Shown piece after piece: positions 1-12,439 of a stretch of DNA of 64,000 nt. Numbering within the stretch: position 1 is the stretch's first letter; each line of letters starts with the position of its first letter. The position numbers were made by a program, and so were the translations under genes. The DNA lies in the NCBI GenBank assembly GCA_001599295.1, contig BCGN01000001.1, positions 1,488,001-1,552,000 on the forward strand. The letters are read 5' to 3'. This DNA is from Sporopachydermia quercuum (lineage: Eukaryota). The notes beneath the pieces were generated by a model. That model did not search any database. It had not been told where the DNA came from and saw nothing but the letters and a program-made list of their open reading frames with translations.

Positions 1-226
1 CCTTTATACCACTGTGACTATCGTTGACTTTTCTTCGATAACTCTCATTTTCGTTTTCGTTTTCGTTGTTGTTACCGCTGCTATTACTTATATTGCCATT
101 GTTACTCCCGCTGCTCCCATTACTACCCCTATTATCATTACTGTTATTACCGTTGTTATTAGTGTTATTATTATTCTTGTTGAAAGCACCAAAGCCTCCA
201 AAAAAATTCCTAGCAAACTCAGCCAT
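1..226 (-). CDS. 5' end of an unidentified gene (partial; runs off the window start); Asn/Ser/Gly-rich N-terminus
   Basis: The minus strand reads ATG(226) MAEFARNFFGGFGAFNKNNNNTNNNGNNSNDNRGSNGSSGSNNGNISNSSGNNNENENENESYRRKVNDSHSGIK with no stop before position 1. The + strand hydrophobic ORFs (14..286, 66..260) are its antisense shadows. Confidence 0.65.
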   Translation of the reverse strand, partial: MAEFARNFFGGFGAFNKNNNNTNNNGNNSNDNRGSNGSSGSNNGNISNSSGNNNENENENESYRRKVNDSHSGIK

Positions 227-2198
227 AATGTTAATACGCCAATATTCTCCCTTCACCTAAATGCACTATTAGGAGCGAGTACTTAAAAAAATTGCGTATA
301 ACAATTTAATATTTCGTAATCTATCAATTCTCAATAAACCTGATCCCCCAGCTACTAGTTTGATTACCACTTATTGATTTCTGATACAGTTCAAACGTCT
401 AAATCGTCAGATTACCAATTGTTCTTCAAAAAGAGAAAAAAATCTTGCAGCCTTGGTTATCTTACTACTTGTAACGCTGCTTTTTTCTTACTTCTTGACA
501 GTAAAGACTCAATCCGATATTTCCTATCTTAATGTATTTCAGTTTTTTCTCTCTGAATTCTTCTTGTCAGTCTTCTCTATTTCCTGCTTTCCTGCTTTCC
601 TAATTGCTCCTTTATTACCTAATTTTATTCCTGTTCACCTCACTTATCAATACCAAACAGATTGACTCTGACACCTGCAATCAAAACGGTCAATCTACTA
701 TTTACCTAACAGAAATTTTAACTATTACTGAAAACGTCCTAGTTTCTAGTTACAGTTTTATTCTCTACCCATGATCTTATTCAATCACTATTGCTCTTTG
801 CTTAGTAACACATTTCCTGCAAGTTGTTTATACAAATAGCTTCTTCTCTAATCAACTACTAAATTTTCTTCTTTTGTTATCGCTGCAAATATGTTTGGGC
901 GTTTCTTCTGTACAAATAGGAAATAAGAAAATAGAGTCAAACGTTAAATGTACTTAAGCGTTGCTTGTGAGAGTTTGCAAAAGGAACAATCAGTATTGAG
1001 AAACGAGGAGACAATTTAGGGGCCATTCTTTGAGAGGTTGGAAACATCTGGTCATAGTAACAAATAAATAATTGGTTGAAATAACTGTTGTACGAGAGGG
1101 AAAACATAGTCATAACGTACGAACTAAGTAGTACACTCGTATGCATAGGAAGCAAATTTTTTATATGGAAAGGAGAATGCGTAGGCATTTCTATGTATAC
1201 CGATAAAGTTCTACATATTAATACATGACAATGCATATTAGGAATTGGAGGGGAGTTCTGGAGAATAGGATGGAGTGAAAGGATAACTTTGAAATATGAT
1301 AAAGGAACCAATAACAGGATACTGCAAGAATTCAACAACGCTAAATTATATATAATGCAAGTTAGTATACTGGTACGAATTTTCAATTTCAGAATATTAT
1401 GAATTGTTGAAGGTGTCATCCTAGGTAATAATTCCCCACTCTGACAATAGGATGCAGTCAGTAGTCAACGAGTGTACTTAATATTCTGCATCTATATGCA
1501 TTGATATGCACAAATACTAACAAAGTTCTTGCAATTTCATTTAAACGCATCATATTCGGTTAATAGAAACTATTCACATGAACCTTTAGGGCATTAGGAA
1601 GCTTTATATACTTGATTCTCCACCAGGTTCCAGCTTCATTTGGAAAATATGATTAAATAGAATCAAGTTGAGTTTCAAAAAAAAAAAAAAGTTCAGAGCT
1701 AAGCTTATCACAATCTTATGTCGATAACTTCGTTATAATATAANCAGGGGTAACTGCCATCACATTGGCTAATGTTGATAATCATTGTCATGTATTCCTA
1801 ACAAAGAAGCTCATTTTTTTTACAAATTAAAGTGCCTTCAGTTGAAAGTTAATCCATGTTTACAAATCTGTTAATACCTTTTCCGTTTGTTGAAAAGTGT
1901 ATCAACTATTTGTAAATTGCTTTTTAAAAGTAAGTAGACATGTAGATCTAAGTTGTATAATGATTATCTCCGAAAAGAAATTATATCTTCCGATTCAATT
2001 CCTTAATAATATCCGATATTTCTCACAGCCAATATCAAGCAAACAGAAACCTTTTATATGAATCAAGTCCTTTTGTATATGTTGATCTGTCATTGGTAAG
2101 GCTCAATCAATACATTAGAAAAGCATGCTCACCTGCGGAAAAGCATTTGGGGACGAAGAGATTTCTGGCGTAAAATTGCCGTAGGACAATATGTTAAT

Positions 2199-3245
2199 AT
2201 GATCAATTTGTTTGCCTTTGCTTGGGTGATCTGCGATGTAAGTAACTATGCAATTACCAGGGTACTATCTAATAGTTGTAGATGATAAATTCTATTTGTT
2301 TTGAAGTTAAACGACGAAATAAATCAATTGAAAATTACTAATAACATATATGCAGACATTTTCTAGTATTGTTCAATGGAAAATATTTCAAGTTAGAAAC
2401 TCCGTTGTAGGATTATCAACGGATCGCGTTACTCTGTCAGTAAGTGAAAATCAAAGATAACAAACTCTGGTATATTAATTCAATAAATCTAGTCATGCAA
2501 TCAAGGATAGCAATTGCTGATGATCGAATGTATTATAACTCAACTAACATGCTAGATATGTGGACCATTGTTTTGTCTTATAGCAGAAGCAATGCTTACA
2601 CGTTCACACACCGTGAAGAAACTATACAATGAAAGGTATCCATTACGATTAAGTTATCAATCAGATATTGCAATTCTAGCGTTTTACATATCCAGTTTGG
2701 TAACAGCACTTGCATTTTTATATTGCTACTTATCTTTGATTCATACTACCAATATATTCCAAGGATCATCAGGGCTTGTAATCGTAGTTCTCACTGTGTG
2801 CTTATTGCCTACTGTCTTCTCATGGTTACATATCTATGAAACGTCAGTCTTAGACGTAGCAGAATGTCTTCAGGCGGCAGGACAATTCTGTTACACTGTG
2901 AGAATGGTTCCTCAGGCTTTAATAACTTGGGGATCTCAATCATATGGTGTACTGTCTAGAAAATCTCTAACTTGGCAGTTAATAGGATTGGGGATGCTTA
3001 TAATATCTCAGTTTACTGAAAAATATGCAGTAATATCCAATGAAAAAGACCCGGAGTTAGCTGCTCTTATTGCGAGGAGATGTCTCCCGCCGTTGTTTTT
3101 TTCTGCATATACTTTTATTAATGGTATCTCTATTATATACATTTTGATACTTTCGTGGCAGCCACGGAAGCCAAATCATACAAATGATATTGAATTTCAA
3201 GAAGTTGTTCCTTTGATTGGACAGGAGAATGAGACCGGATTATAG
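2199..3245 (+). CDS. PQ-loop/cystinosin-like membrane transporter, 3 exons (2199-2237, 2356-2439, 2556-3245; ~270 aa)
   Basis: Introns GTAAGT(2238)..TACTAAT..CAG(2355) and GTAAGT(2440)..AACTAAC..TAG(2555) join in frame to ORF 2568..3245. The product has FSSIVQW..RNSVVGLSTD (cystinosin-like first repeat), MVPQ (second PQ motif), several hydrophobic segments and a C-terminal EVVPLI dileucine motif. The start is uncertain because the frame is open back to 2100. Confidence 0.7.
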
Positions 3246-3516
3246 GTCTAAAATGAATTTGGGTTCTATATAGTGAATTATATCTTTAGTAAACGATCAA
3301 TTTAGTAGTAGGAAATCGTGTTTCGGAATTAACGAATCAATAATCTTCATGGTCAGATTATCAGAATATCAAACTCGTAAAAGATTTGATTAGTGGTATC
3401 AGTGACAAATTTGAAGTCTACAGGACTAAACATGTGGAAAGCGCATTGCTTTCCATGCTTATACTTCTTTATACCATTCAACATCTTTCTGTTTTATTAT
3501 CATATGAACTGGGCCT

Positions 3517-6500
3517 CTAGTCATTTTGCTCACTCTCATTGAACACAGCTGCCGCATACACGACACTATCTTTTTGGGCCTGTGCAAGATACTGGGCCAT
3601 TATCATTGATCCTGATGAAGCTTGAACAGATGATAAGCTATTGGAACCTCCACTGAGAGAACTCCATTTTCTATTTCGTTGGTGTTGACTGTTTTGATTA
3701 TTATGATGGTTCGGATTCGGATAGTTGTGATGATGATTATGAGACTGAAGATCATATGAACCATTCCTGCTGTGCTTCTTTGGACTCCACGAATGATTCT
3801 GTTTGCTTAAGCTGAAATCTTTCATTGCAGTTCCCGAACTAGATTTACCACTACTTGATTCTTTACTGTAGTTATTATGCATATTCTCGACTGCTTCCAT
3901 ACCAAATACCGAGGCAAGATCCTTTTGAAGAGTATGCTTTTCGCTAGAAGTACTAGTCTCATTATCTCCAAAAGGTTCATTCTTCCGATGTGAGTCGATT
4001 TCTTCTGCCTTCTTGCTTTGTTGCTTCTTCTTTTTCTTTTTACTAGACTTCTTCGATACAATATCAGATCTTGGTTGATTCCCGCATCTATCTTTACCGA
4101 ATTTAATAGTAAATCCGCGATATTTCACCAACGGTGTTACATCAACAACTGTTTCGTTACTTTCTAGTTTGGGAGGATCTCCTCTACCATCCCATTTCGC
4201 CAAAGTGCCAAAATATTCCACACATTTGATAGAATTTGTTATATTTAAGAAGTTCATGAATGCTACTTTACCATCACTAATGAAATTGATTTGTTCCATT
4301 TCCCCAAATATAGAAAAGTCTGCCCTTAAAGTATTCTCATTTGGCACTGCTTTATCAGACGCCAGATAAACATTTCTACTTGCACCTGCTGTTACTGCTA
4401 AAGCGATGGGATTCGGCAATGGACCTGAATGCATACCCCAACCAACTTTCAATTTTCTATTTCTAACATAAATTCCACGTAAAGTACATAGAATGAAAAA
4501 TTGAACTGCAGCTGAAAAGTCTAAAAAGGTTGCAAAACAGCAACACGAAATGTTTTCGTAGTTATTCAATTTAGCCTCCTCTTCATCAAAAACATGAGTG
4601 TGCATTCCCTTTATATTCAGCGTTTTAACTAGTTTGATTTTCTGTAATTTACCACCTTTAATCACATTACAGATCTCTTCTATCGTCACTCCTGGATAAA
4701 GATTACCTAGATAAATGGTTCTATTACCAAAATTAGAAGATCCTTCTATAGAGGTCATAGCTGATATTGATGCCAGAGCAGATTCTTGAAGTTGTAAAGT
4801 ATTATTCATAAGTTCTGTTGCCATTTTATTTTGATTTAGGAAAGCCTCATGAGAATAATCTAAGCCAGGAGTTAAAGTCATTAGTTGCGATTCATTTTGT
4901 TGTCCTGATGATGTCGGACCTATAATACCTGACACATCTGAGTAAACTTGGGGAACACCATTCAGATCATAAAAAGAATTCTGATCAGGAATTATCAAAC
5001 CTGGTGTCATTGTGGTCATTGCTTGGGTTGGTATAGAGTGTTCGGGAGCTGGCGACAGAGAAATATGTTGAAACTGTTGATACATATCTTCAAACACTCC
5101 ACCGGAAGCAGATTTTCGATGCGCTTGTTCACTTTCATAAAGTAGCTCAGCATCAGTTTGAAATTCTAGTCCTTTTATCTCCATTATATTATTATCAGCT
5201 GGGAAATCATGCNTTCCAAATATTGCACCTCCATTCAATGAACTACCCTCTCGTTCGAAGCATACAGTGACATTTTTCCACGTTTGTTTCGCAGTTGAGC
5301 TGAGATTCATTTGCATAAGATTAGAGCACATGATAGCAGAACCCATGTCCCAAAATGTTATAGTAGCCTCTTTGGGCATTTTCTCTTTGTCAAGAGACTC
5401 AAAATCAACGTCAGGGTCTATGTAATCACGTAAAACAATAGACTCAATAGCACCGAATTTTATTACCTCGTCCTTAACTTGTTCCTCGTTCGTGACATAA
5501 GGTAAATTCTTCAGCGATATTTTTCTGGATAGGTTTTCGTATTGTCTATTACCAGCGAGTTGTTCATTTATGGCAGAGGAAACGACGTCAGATAAAGGTC
5601 TATCTCTACCAAATCCAACTTTGAAACTAATAGCAAAATCTTTGAAGTTTTGATCTAGAACCCCTAACAGTTCACTTAATTTTTTGGTAACCTCATCTCT
5701 ATTTTGGGAAATGTATTTTGTGAAATCTAATGCAGTAGAGGCATCAAGAAAAGAGATAAAAATACAGCTCTTTTTCGAAACGAACTGCACATTTTCTATT
5801 GGACCAAAAGTGTCTAACAGCTCTGAAAATCTAGTATAGATTTGCGCATATATGTCTTTCAATGGTATGTTACCAAGATAAACCGATCTTGAATGTGTTG
5901 ATCTCAATGGAATAAGAGAGTCCATAGAGTGCGTAGTTGAGAATGAATGATTACCTGGTGTTTCCGGATACTCCGATCCTTTATAATCACCGATAATTTC
6001 AATTTCTAGTTCATCTTCATCATTTTCAGATCGATTATCATTTTTTCCTTCTTCGTCTTCTTCTGACACCTGAGAAAGGTTGATTTTCGTGCTCGAAGGA
6101 TTATCATCTCTATTTGAATCCATAGAAGAAGCAGTTGTAGATCTACTCAATGAAGATCCTTTTTTAAACCTATTATACTTTGAATTAGGCGTCTTTGCGG
6201 CAGGGGAATAAGAACCTGGATCACGTTGATCTTCTCTAGCATGACTTCTGGGGCTTGAAAATCCTGAGCTTATTGCGGGAGGTCCACCAGAAAACCGTCC
6301 ATTGTGCCGATATCTTGGAGTTGGTGATTGCGGTATAGATGGTGAAAGTATGAACGAGGGTGAATTAGGAACAAAAGGTGAGCCACCTGGAGTTTGATAC
6401 ACCACTATGGGTGAAGGAGGGCCAATTATCCTTGATGAAAAATAAGAAAACTGCGGTGACATTTGATATGGCTCATATGGTGATCCTGGCACCATTGGAG

Positions 6501-6594
6501 AAAAATGAATTCCCCCATGAGGAACATTAGCCCCTGGCTTGTTCCCATAATAAGGTCCATTTGACCTATTTGAGTCAGAATTTTTTCGTGACAT
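3517..6594 (-). CDS. NAB6: Multi-RRM RNA-binding protein, Nab6/Mrn1 family (1025 aa)
   Basis: RRM-like segments SRSVYLGNI, NRTIYLGNL and SRNVYL..DFSIFGEMEQINF..FGKDRCGN. The C-terminal MAQYLAQAQ..VYAAAV resembles the S. cerevisiae Nab6 tail. Confidence 0.8.
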   Translation of the reverse strand: MSRKNSDSNRSNGPYYGNKPGANVPHGGIHFSPMVPGSPYEPYQMSPQFSYFSSRIIGPPSPIVVYQTPGGSPFVPNSPSFILSPSIPQSPTPRYRHNGRFSGGPPAISSGFSSPRSHAREDQRDPGSYSPAAKTPNSKYNRFKKGSSLSRSTTASSMDSNRDDNPSSTKINLSQVSEEDEEGKNDNRSENDEDELEIEIIGDYKGSEYPETPGNHSFSTTHSMDSLIPLRSTHSRSVYLGNIPLKDIYAQIYTRFSELLDTFGPIENVQFVSKKSCIFISFLDASTALDFTKYISQNRDEVTKKLSELLGVLDQNFKDFAISFKVGFGRDRPLSDVVSSAINEQLAGNRQYENLSRKISLKNLPYVTNEEQVKDEVIKFGAIESIVLRDYIDPDVDFESLDKEKMPKEATITFWDMGSAIMCSNLMQMNLSSTAKQTWKNVTVCFEREGSSLNGGAIFGXHDFPADNNIMEIKGLEFQTDAELLYESEQAHRKSASGGVFEDMYQQFQHISLSPAPEHSIPTQAMTTMTPGLIIPDQNSFYDLNGVPQVYSDVSGIIGPTSSGQQNESQLMTLTPGLDYSHEAFLNQNKMATELMNNTLQLQESALASISAMTSIEGSSNFGNRTIYLGNLYPGVTIEEICNVIKGGKLQKIKLVKTLNIKGMHTHVFDEEEAKLNNYENISCCCFATFLDFSAAVQFFILCTLRGIYVRNRKLKVGWGMHSGPLPNPIALAVTAGASRNVYLASDKAVPNENTLRADFSIFGEMEQINFISDGKVAFMNFLNITNSIKCVEYFGTLAKWDGRGDPPKLESNETVVDVTPLVKYRGFTIKFGKDRCGNQPRSDIVSKKSSKKKKKKQQSKKAEEIDSHRKNEPFGDNETSTSSEKHTLQKDLASVFGMEAVENMHNNYSKESSSGKSSSGTAMKDFSLSKQNHSWSPKKHSRNGSYDLQSHNHHHNYPNPNHHNNQNSQHQRNRKWSSLSGGSNSLSSVQASSGSMIMAQYLAQAQKDSVVYAAAVFNESEQND

Positions 6595-9517
6595 GAATTA
6601 ATACTAATGTTGTGTGTTAAATGACAAACTCGAGAATGACAGTTGTTATTGTCGTCATAGAAAAAATTTTCAACGATCACTTGTAGATATCTCTGCTAAC
6701 AGCAAATAATCGTTCGAAACTAAAAGAATAAGTAGCAAGAATGAGTCGTGTGATGATCAATTATTTATGGAAGCAATTGTTCCATCAATGCTTGTTCACT
6801 CAAGTTTTTCTAATAATACTCGGAAACCAATGGTCACACGTCGTTGCACGAAACAAAATTGAATACCAGTAGAACCAATTCTAAAAAAAAAAGAAATCTT
6901 ACGAGCTCAAGTTCAAACACGCTCTATCATTGACTTGATTCATGTAATGGTATTATTAATGTTTGATATTCGTAATATTTCAATTTCTCTTTATTATCAA
7001 GCGCATTAAATTTGCTTTTCTATCTCGATGAACAAAGCGCGATAAGCAGCAATCAATTCAACTAAACTCAGATCGTCAACGTAGAGTCAATTATTATCAA
7101 CCCCCAGTATTAATAGAGCAAGGACAANTCAGATTTTCCGTTATCCAAAATTTTTTCTATGATATTCTATTACTCTTGCAAAGTCTAACAACTATTTTCA
7201 ATCTTTTCCTAGGTCAAGCTCAATCGTGTCATAGATCAAGGAAAGTGTTTCTTTATCTCAAATAACCTCAACTGGTTACCACCTGTAGTTTCCCTTAGTA
7301 ATGATCTAAACAAAAGAAATCAAAGAAGAAAAAAATTAATAAAAAGAAAAAGAAAATAATGTTTTCAAAAAGAACGCCGATAAAAACACTACTTCCTCCA
7401 ATCTTCTTCCTAGAGATAGTAGTTCTACCTCCCTCTTACTTCTACTTTATATCTTCACCTTTTCTCCTATTATTTCTTATGTTTTTTTCACCTTTTCTCT
7501 ACTCGTAATTGTACTCGGTGATCGACAGGAAACAAGAAATCACCTGTGAAATTAACATACAAAGTGGGAAGAAATGGGTGTCTTTTCTCTTCTGGGTACA
7601 AACTTTAAGATTTTGAGTTTGTAATCCCAAAGGCTTTGTATTATTTCAGTGGAGGAAACTCGTGGTGACAAGAGTAGAAAGATGATGAAGATGAAGGTGA
7701 TAAATGCAATAAATGTAAAGGAGGTCTGCGAGTATATAGATAGTTTTCAATAATTATGTACAAGATCGTTTGCCTAATGAGAATTGTTGATTTATTGAAT
7801 TGCAATGGAGATGTATTGGAGATTGTCAATGGTAGGTAGCGTGTACAGACGAAAGAGCGCTGATGCCTTATATATAAGTACGAGGGTTTTGAACTGGAGT
7901 TTGAAGCTTGAATAAGATTGATTGGCGGATGAAGGTNGAGGACGATGAAGAAGATCTATTTTACTAATATAATATAATAATAATAACATTATTAAATATA
8001 AGATGAACACCGCAGAACATGATTTGGATCTATTGATGTAAATAAGATTTCGTACCTTGTCTCGTTCCTACTTCGAACCAGGAACAGTTTTAGCAGCAAT
8101 GGGTATGAATTATACGGATACTAAAGACAGAATATTTAACTGTATTTCTAACAATCAGCTAAAAAATACTGATTTGAATCATAGCAACTCATCATTTTAT
8201 GGTGACAATGGAGATGATTTATATTGATCTTTATCTAATAGGCATCTATTGGAATATCCAGTTGTTCATTAATTACGTTTTGACCAACAACAGACTTGTT
8301 GTTACAATTTGCGAAGATGCATGAAGATACAGAAGAGTGCATAACGATATGTTTTATGAGTAGTGAGTCATTTAATTAGCAGCATCATTAATTTGCTTCT
8401 CATCAGACGGACCTTTCAAAGACCTTTCAAAATCACTGTTATCCGGTAAATATCAGGGAAATGAAAAACAAGAAGAGAAAAAGCTGAACTTTGTGGAAAT
8501 CGGTAACTCTCAACTCTGAAGCTAATTATTGTTCTCTTGTTCTCTCGCCAGCTGAATTCTCATCAAAATTTAGTTTCACTGCAATGCGTGCAAAACAGAG
8601 TTTGATAATTGGGGGGTCTTCGAAAGATAGATTGTCAGATTTTCAATTATGATACCTTCTTTTTACTATTCAAACCATAATCTATTTATTTCTTTCTTTA
8701 AAGTTATCTATAAATAAGCTATATCCTATCGGATCAAACTTTTCTTTATGCATACTCTCTTAATTGCTCAAAGATCACACAAATTTGACTGAGAATACTT
8801 CACTTATTCTGCTGGTAATCAGTCTTTGATTAGCTCATTATGCATGGCATATTATTAAACCTTATCAATTCAATCATTAATCACTCTCGCTCTTTAAGAT
8901 GAAGGTGATTTGTTCAGATGCTGCAAGAGGGTGTAATCCAATTTAAGCTTAACGGTTCAGTTCCAAATAGAGTAATTCTGAGTTTTAGTACAAAGCTTAA
9001 CTTTAAAATATTCAACTGGTACTTCAGGATTTGACTACCTAATACATCAATGAGGAGGATAATCAAGTAGCAGCAAACCCAAGCAATTAATAAAAGCTCA
9101 TTTACCAGAAAACTCTTTTATTTTTATCCACATTAGTAGTTTCGGTTGGCGGATACGTCGTAGACTAGATTGTAGATACAAGGTTTAACATATGCAGGAT
9201 TAATGCAAGAATATGCATACTCCAGGAACAAGATTTGCAAGTTATATATAGGGATTGTCCATTTGATTTAAGAAAGAAAGAGAGAAGTAATAGTCACAGG
9301 GTATAACTAGTAACACATGAAGACAATAAAAAGAGGAAACAATACAACGAAAACAAGTAACAAGGAGATATAAACTGATATTTGGTAACTGGCAGTTTGT
9401 AATTCATAACTCAAGATTTTTACCAATACAAGTGTGAATGATCTCTACAGTAAAATTGCTCCTAATATGTATTAAGCCCCTAAAGATATGCTACCAAAAC
9501 CAAAAACATTGTACTAT

Positions 9518-12304
9518 TTACCCCAAATCATACCTTAACATCCCACTCACGCATTGCTTATCTTTCTCTGTAGTTGAAACAGGAATATATATTGACGAAA
9601 ACGATTCCTCCTTTTCATTATAGTCAGATTCTTGAGATACGTCCCCAATCGATTCTCTCAAACTATTAAGGAACAGCAGATTCTCAATAGCATCATGCTC
9701 AATGCCTATGGTTTCAAGAACAGGTTGATTGGTATTAAAACTTGACAAGCTAGTTCTAGATCCAAGTGTTGACTCAGGTATCTGAGAAGTATGCTCTTGA
9801 GCAGATGGACCCCTTGTATCAGAAATGGACACATGATCCAGTAATTCATTATTTCGATTTTCTGTTTCCTGAGTAGATAAATCAGAAAAGTCAATCAATT
9901 GTTCATAAGAACCTGCAACTTGACGCATCTGACTACTAGTTCTAGCTGCCAATCGTTCCAATTCTTCGCCGTTACCTTTCCTTTTCTTACTGTCTTCTTT
10001 CCGACAGGTTTCAACATCATTAGCATTGCTATTATTACTACTACAGCCATAGCTTAGTAGTTCACAATTGATTTCATTCAGGTATTCTAACGCTTCGTTG
10101 CTTATTCTTCCTGGCCAACCAGCCCTAACATCCCTAGCCAATCCTATAATTGTCGTATTGATCACACCTTTCATTTCTTGAAACAGTGCCCCACCACGAC
10201 TATAATCAACAGCTCCAAACATAACCACTAACATCATAATACCACGAGCTCGTGATGGACTAACACAGACAGTTGCAAATCCATGAGAATCAATCCAGTT
10301 CATCATCTGCAAGAACATCTTAGCACTACTCATAACACTGATGTAGCTTGCACTCCCACGTCCTTTCTCTTCTACATCTTTACCATGAGAAATACCAGGT
10401 AAATGAATAAGAACTTTGGAGTAATAATAAAGCAACGTCAGCAAAGGAGCCTTTTCGTGAATATGAGCACTATTATATGTCTGATCATGGCCATTTCCAG
10501 CATCAGTTGCTGTTCCTGTCCCTGGTGGTAGTTCAAATGTCCACTCAGCAGGCAAATCTCTTCTCCAACATTCTAAACGATCTTCTAGTTTGATGATAGT
10601 TTTATATGAATGGTTTTTCCTACTTCGACATGAATATAATGTGTCTATAATACAGCCAAGAATACAAGCCAAACGCATGAAGCAAAGCTCAAATCCATTT
10701 GGCGATGAAAATGCCACTGTTGGTTGGGGATTTGAGNTTTTCGGAATTTCTCTTGGTAACGCGCATTCAATGTCTTGTTCATGAATCAGTCTAGGAGCTC
10801 CAATAGCTACACTAGCAAAACAGTCAAGCGTATATACAGTCCAGAAAAGACGTCTTCTCAAAGCCATTTCATATCTCTTCAAAGATTTACCTGTAGAGTC
10901 AACTAATGCTTTAGGACATCTGTTTAAACCCAACATCTGTTGCATAGTAATAGCATGCATTCTGTATTTCCACATATCTTCAAAAGAACCAGCTTGAAGA
11001 GAGTAAAGCAAAGCTAAACATAAAATTTGCATGTTCTTCAAACTCGGTTGAGACATGAATTCAGAGTTTTCTGTTAACAGTCTTTTCCATTCATCGTGAT
11101 ATTGTTCGGCAGCTTGAGCAGCATTTAATGAGTTTCTGCAGGTTAGAGATGCCAGGGATATAACAAGCATTACTTGAACAGCAAATGATTCATGACCAAG
11201 CATAATATCATCAGCGAAGTTTTTTTCCATGCTTCTGGTGAAATTCACGTATTTCTGCAAAAACACGTACTGGTCAAAGATAGGATAGATACAATTCCAT
11301 TCAGTGAAATATCTAGCTATAAGCTGATCCAATTCAACTCTTGAAGGGAAATTAATGCTCCTTAGAAATGCAGCAGTTGTTGATAAAGAACATGAATCTG
11401 ATGAAAGAGGACCATCAAATAGATGGCCATCATTAACATTGAAGGAGGACGAAGGGATAGAAGAGAATCTATCAGTCAATGACATACTTTCGCTAGAAGG
11501 TCGTTCATGTAAAGCAGTGAATGCATTGGGTATTATAGCTGCAATAGAAGGATTTATGGTGGTAATCTTCTCAACCAGCAAAGGCATAAAAGGTCCACCT
11601 AAAGCGGCACTTCTGTAGGTGCCCTCACATTCAACATCTTTCAACTCTTCTTTATTATCCAAACCTGGCTCGTCACCATCAGAGCAAGTTTCAAACTCAT
11701 CATCTTCATTACTGGTTTGGTGNCCACCAACAGGTTTCGTCTTATATTTGTGAGGATAATTTGAGCAGCAAGTATGTGCTTTACCATCCTGATGAACATG
11801 CGGTCCTCCCTTGGCTGTTTCTCCATCAGAAACAGATGTCGCCCTTGAGGTTCCCGAAGAGACTGCTGATGCCATCGATAATTTGCTGGTGGTAGAAGAA
11901 GGTGCTGAAGCAGGAGTTACCTCTGACGAATTAGCAAGAGGTACGGCTTCTTTGTTTTTTATTTGCTGGTTATTCAATGATTTTGGTGTCAATGATTCCA
12001 TCTTTGACATTATTTCCATCTGTTCATCTCGTATATCTAGTAAACCTAACAAACGATTATTCTCTGACTCCAACTGGCGAATTCGATCTTCTAGAGATTC
12101 TGTATAACCTCTTGGAAATGCCCGACGTGATAATCTATCTGAGATTTTGCATTCGAATCCCACTGATTCACATTGGGAACAGTTTGGTCTTTTCCCATCA
12201 CACCGAACTTTCTTACTTCGACAACGATCGCAAGCTTGTGCTATACGATTAGTATGACTTCCCGGGTCTTTGATGACTTTCCAAGCTTGAGCTCCGTCCG
12301 GCAT
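9518..12304 (-). CDS. CAT8: Zn2Cys6 transcription factor Cat8/FacB (gluconeogenic/acetate regulator; 928 aa)
   Basis: RIAQACDRCRSKKVRCDGKRPNCSQC..VGFECKISD..FPRGYTESLEDRIRQLE is the Cat8-type zinc cluster. It also has a fungal TF middle-homology region (RRRLFWTVYTLD) and sits next to GPI12-AEP2 as in S. cerevisiae. Confidence 0.9.
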   Translation of the reverse strand: MPDGAQAWKVIKDPGSHTNRIAQACDRCRSKKVRCDGKRPNCSQCESVGFECKISDRLSRRAFPRGYTESLEDRIRQLESENNRLLGLLDIRDEQMEIMSKMESLTPKSLNNQQIKNKEAVPLANSSEVTPASAPSSTTSKLSMASAVSSGTSRATSVSDGETAKGGPHVHQDGKAHTCCSNYPHKYKTKPVGXHQTSNEDDEFETCSDGDEPGLDNKEELKDVECEGTYRSAALGGPFMPLLVEKITTINPSIAAIIPNAFTALHERPSSESMSLTDRFSSIPSSSFNVNDGHLFDGPLSSDSCSLSTTAAFLRSINFPSRVELDQLIARYFTEWNCIYPIFDQYVFLQKYVNFTRSMEKNFADDIMLGHESFAVQVMLVISLASLTCRNSLNAAQAAEQYHDEWKRLLTENSEFMSQPSLKNMQILCLALLYSLQAGSFEDMWKYRMHAITMQQMLGLNRCPKALVDSTGKSLKRYEMALRRRLFWTVYTLDCFASVAIGAPRLIHEQDIECALPREIPKXSNPQPTVAFSSPNGFELCFMRLACILGCIIDTLYSCRSRKNHSYKTIIKLEDRLECWRRDLPAEWTFELPPGTGTATDAGNGHDQTYNSAHIHEKAPLLTLLYYYSKVLIHLPGISHGKDVEEKGRGSASYISVMSSAKMFLQMMNWIDSHGFATVCVSPSRARGIMMLVVMFGAVDYSRGGALFQEMKGVINTTIIGLARDVRAGWPGRISNEALEYLNEINCELLSYGCSSNNSNANDVETCRKEDSKKRKGNGEELERLAARTSSQMRQVAGSYEQLIDFSDLSTQETENRNNELLDHVSISDTRGPSAQEHTSQIPESTLGSRTSLSSFNTNQPVLETIGIEHDAIENLLFLNSLRESIGDVSQESDYNEKEESFSSIYIPVSTTEKDKQCVSGMLRYDLG

Positions 12305-12331
12305 TTTGCAGGTACTTATGTATGTATGTTG

Positions 12332-12439
12332 CTGTTGGTGTTAGCTATGCTATTTTGTGGACAGATGAAAAGTCCAAAATCAAAACCCAAATCAAGCCGC
12401 TGCAATAGACGTTGTTATGCTGCGAAAAGGGTAATTTAC
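12332..12439 (-). other. Candidate 5'-UTR intron of CAT8 (108 nt)
   Basis: Minus strand AAG|GTAAAT(12439)..GCTAAC..CAG(12332), ending 27 nt before the ATG. There is an in-frame TAA just upstream of the donor. The donor is weak. Confidence 0.4.

Noticed and set aside
937..1419. 160-aa minus-strand ORF, and the many 60-145 aa ORFs antisense to or nested in real genes
   Set aside because: These have no recognisable motifs and their composition is typical of AT-rich non-coding DNA or antisense shadows.
7870..8230. TATA-like box, TACTAAT..AG and a GTATGA..TTCTAAC..CAG mini-intron between NAB6 and CAT8
   Set aside because: All frames stop quickly, so no gene model is supportable. The GGTTCGAA hairpin near 8064-8086 does not form a tRNA cloverleaf.
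9462..9533. Possible terminal intron in CAT8 (GTATGA..CTTAAT..TAG) changing the last residues
   Set aside because: The branch point is poor and the added peptide has no recognisable similarity. Left unresolved.
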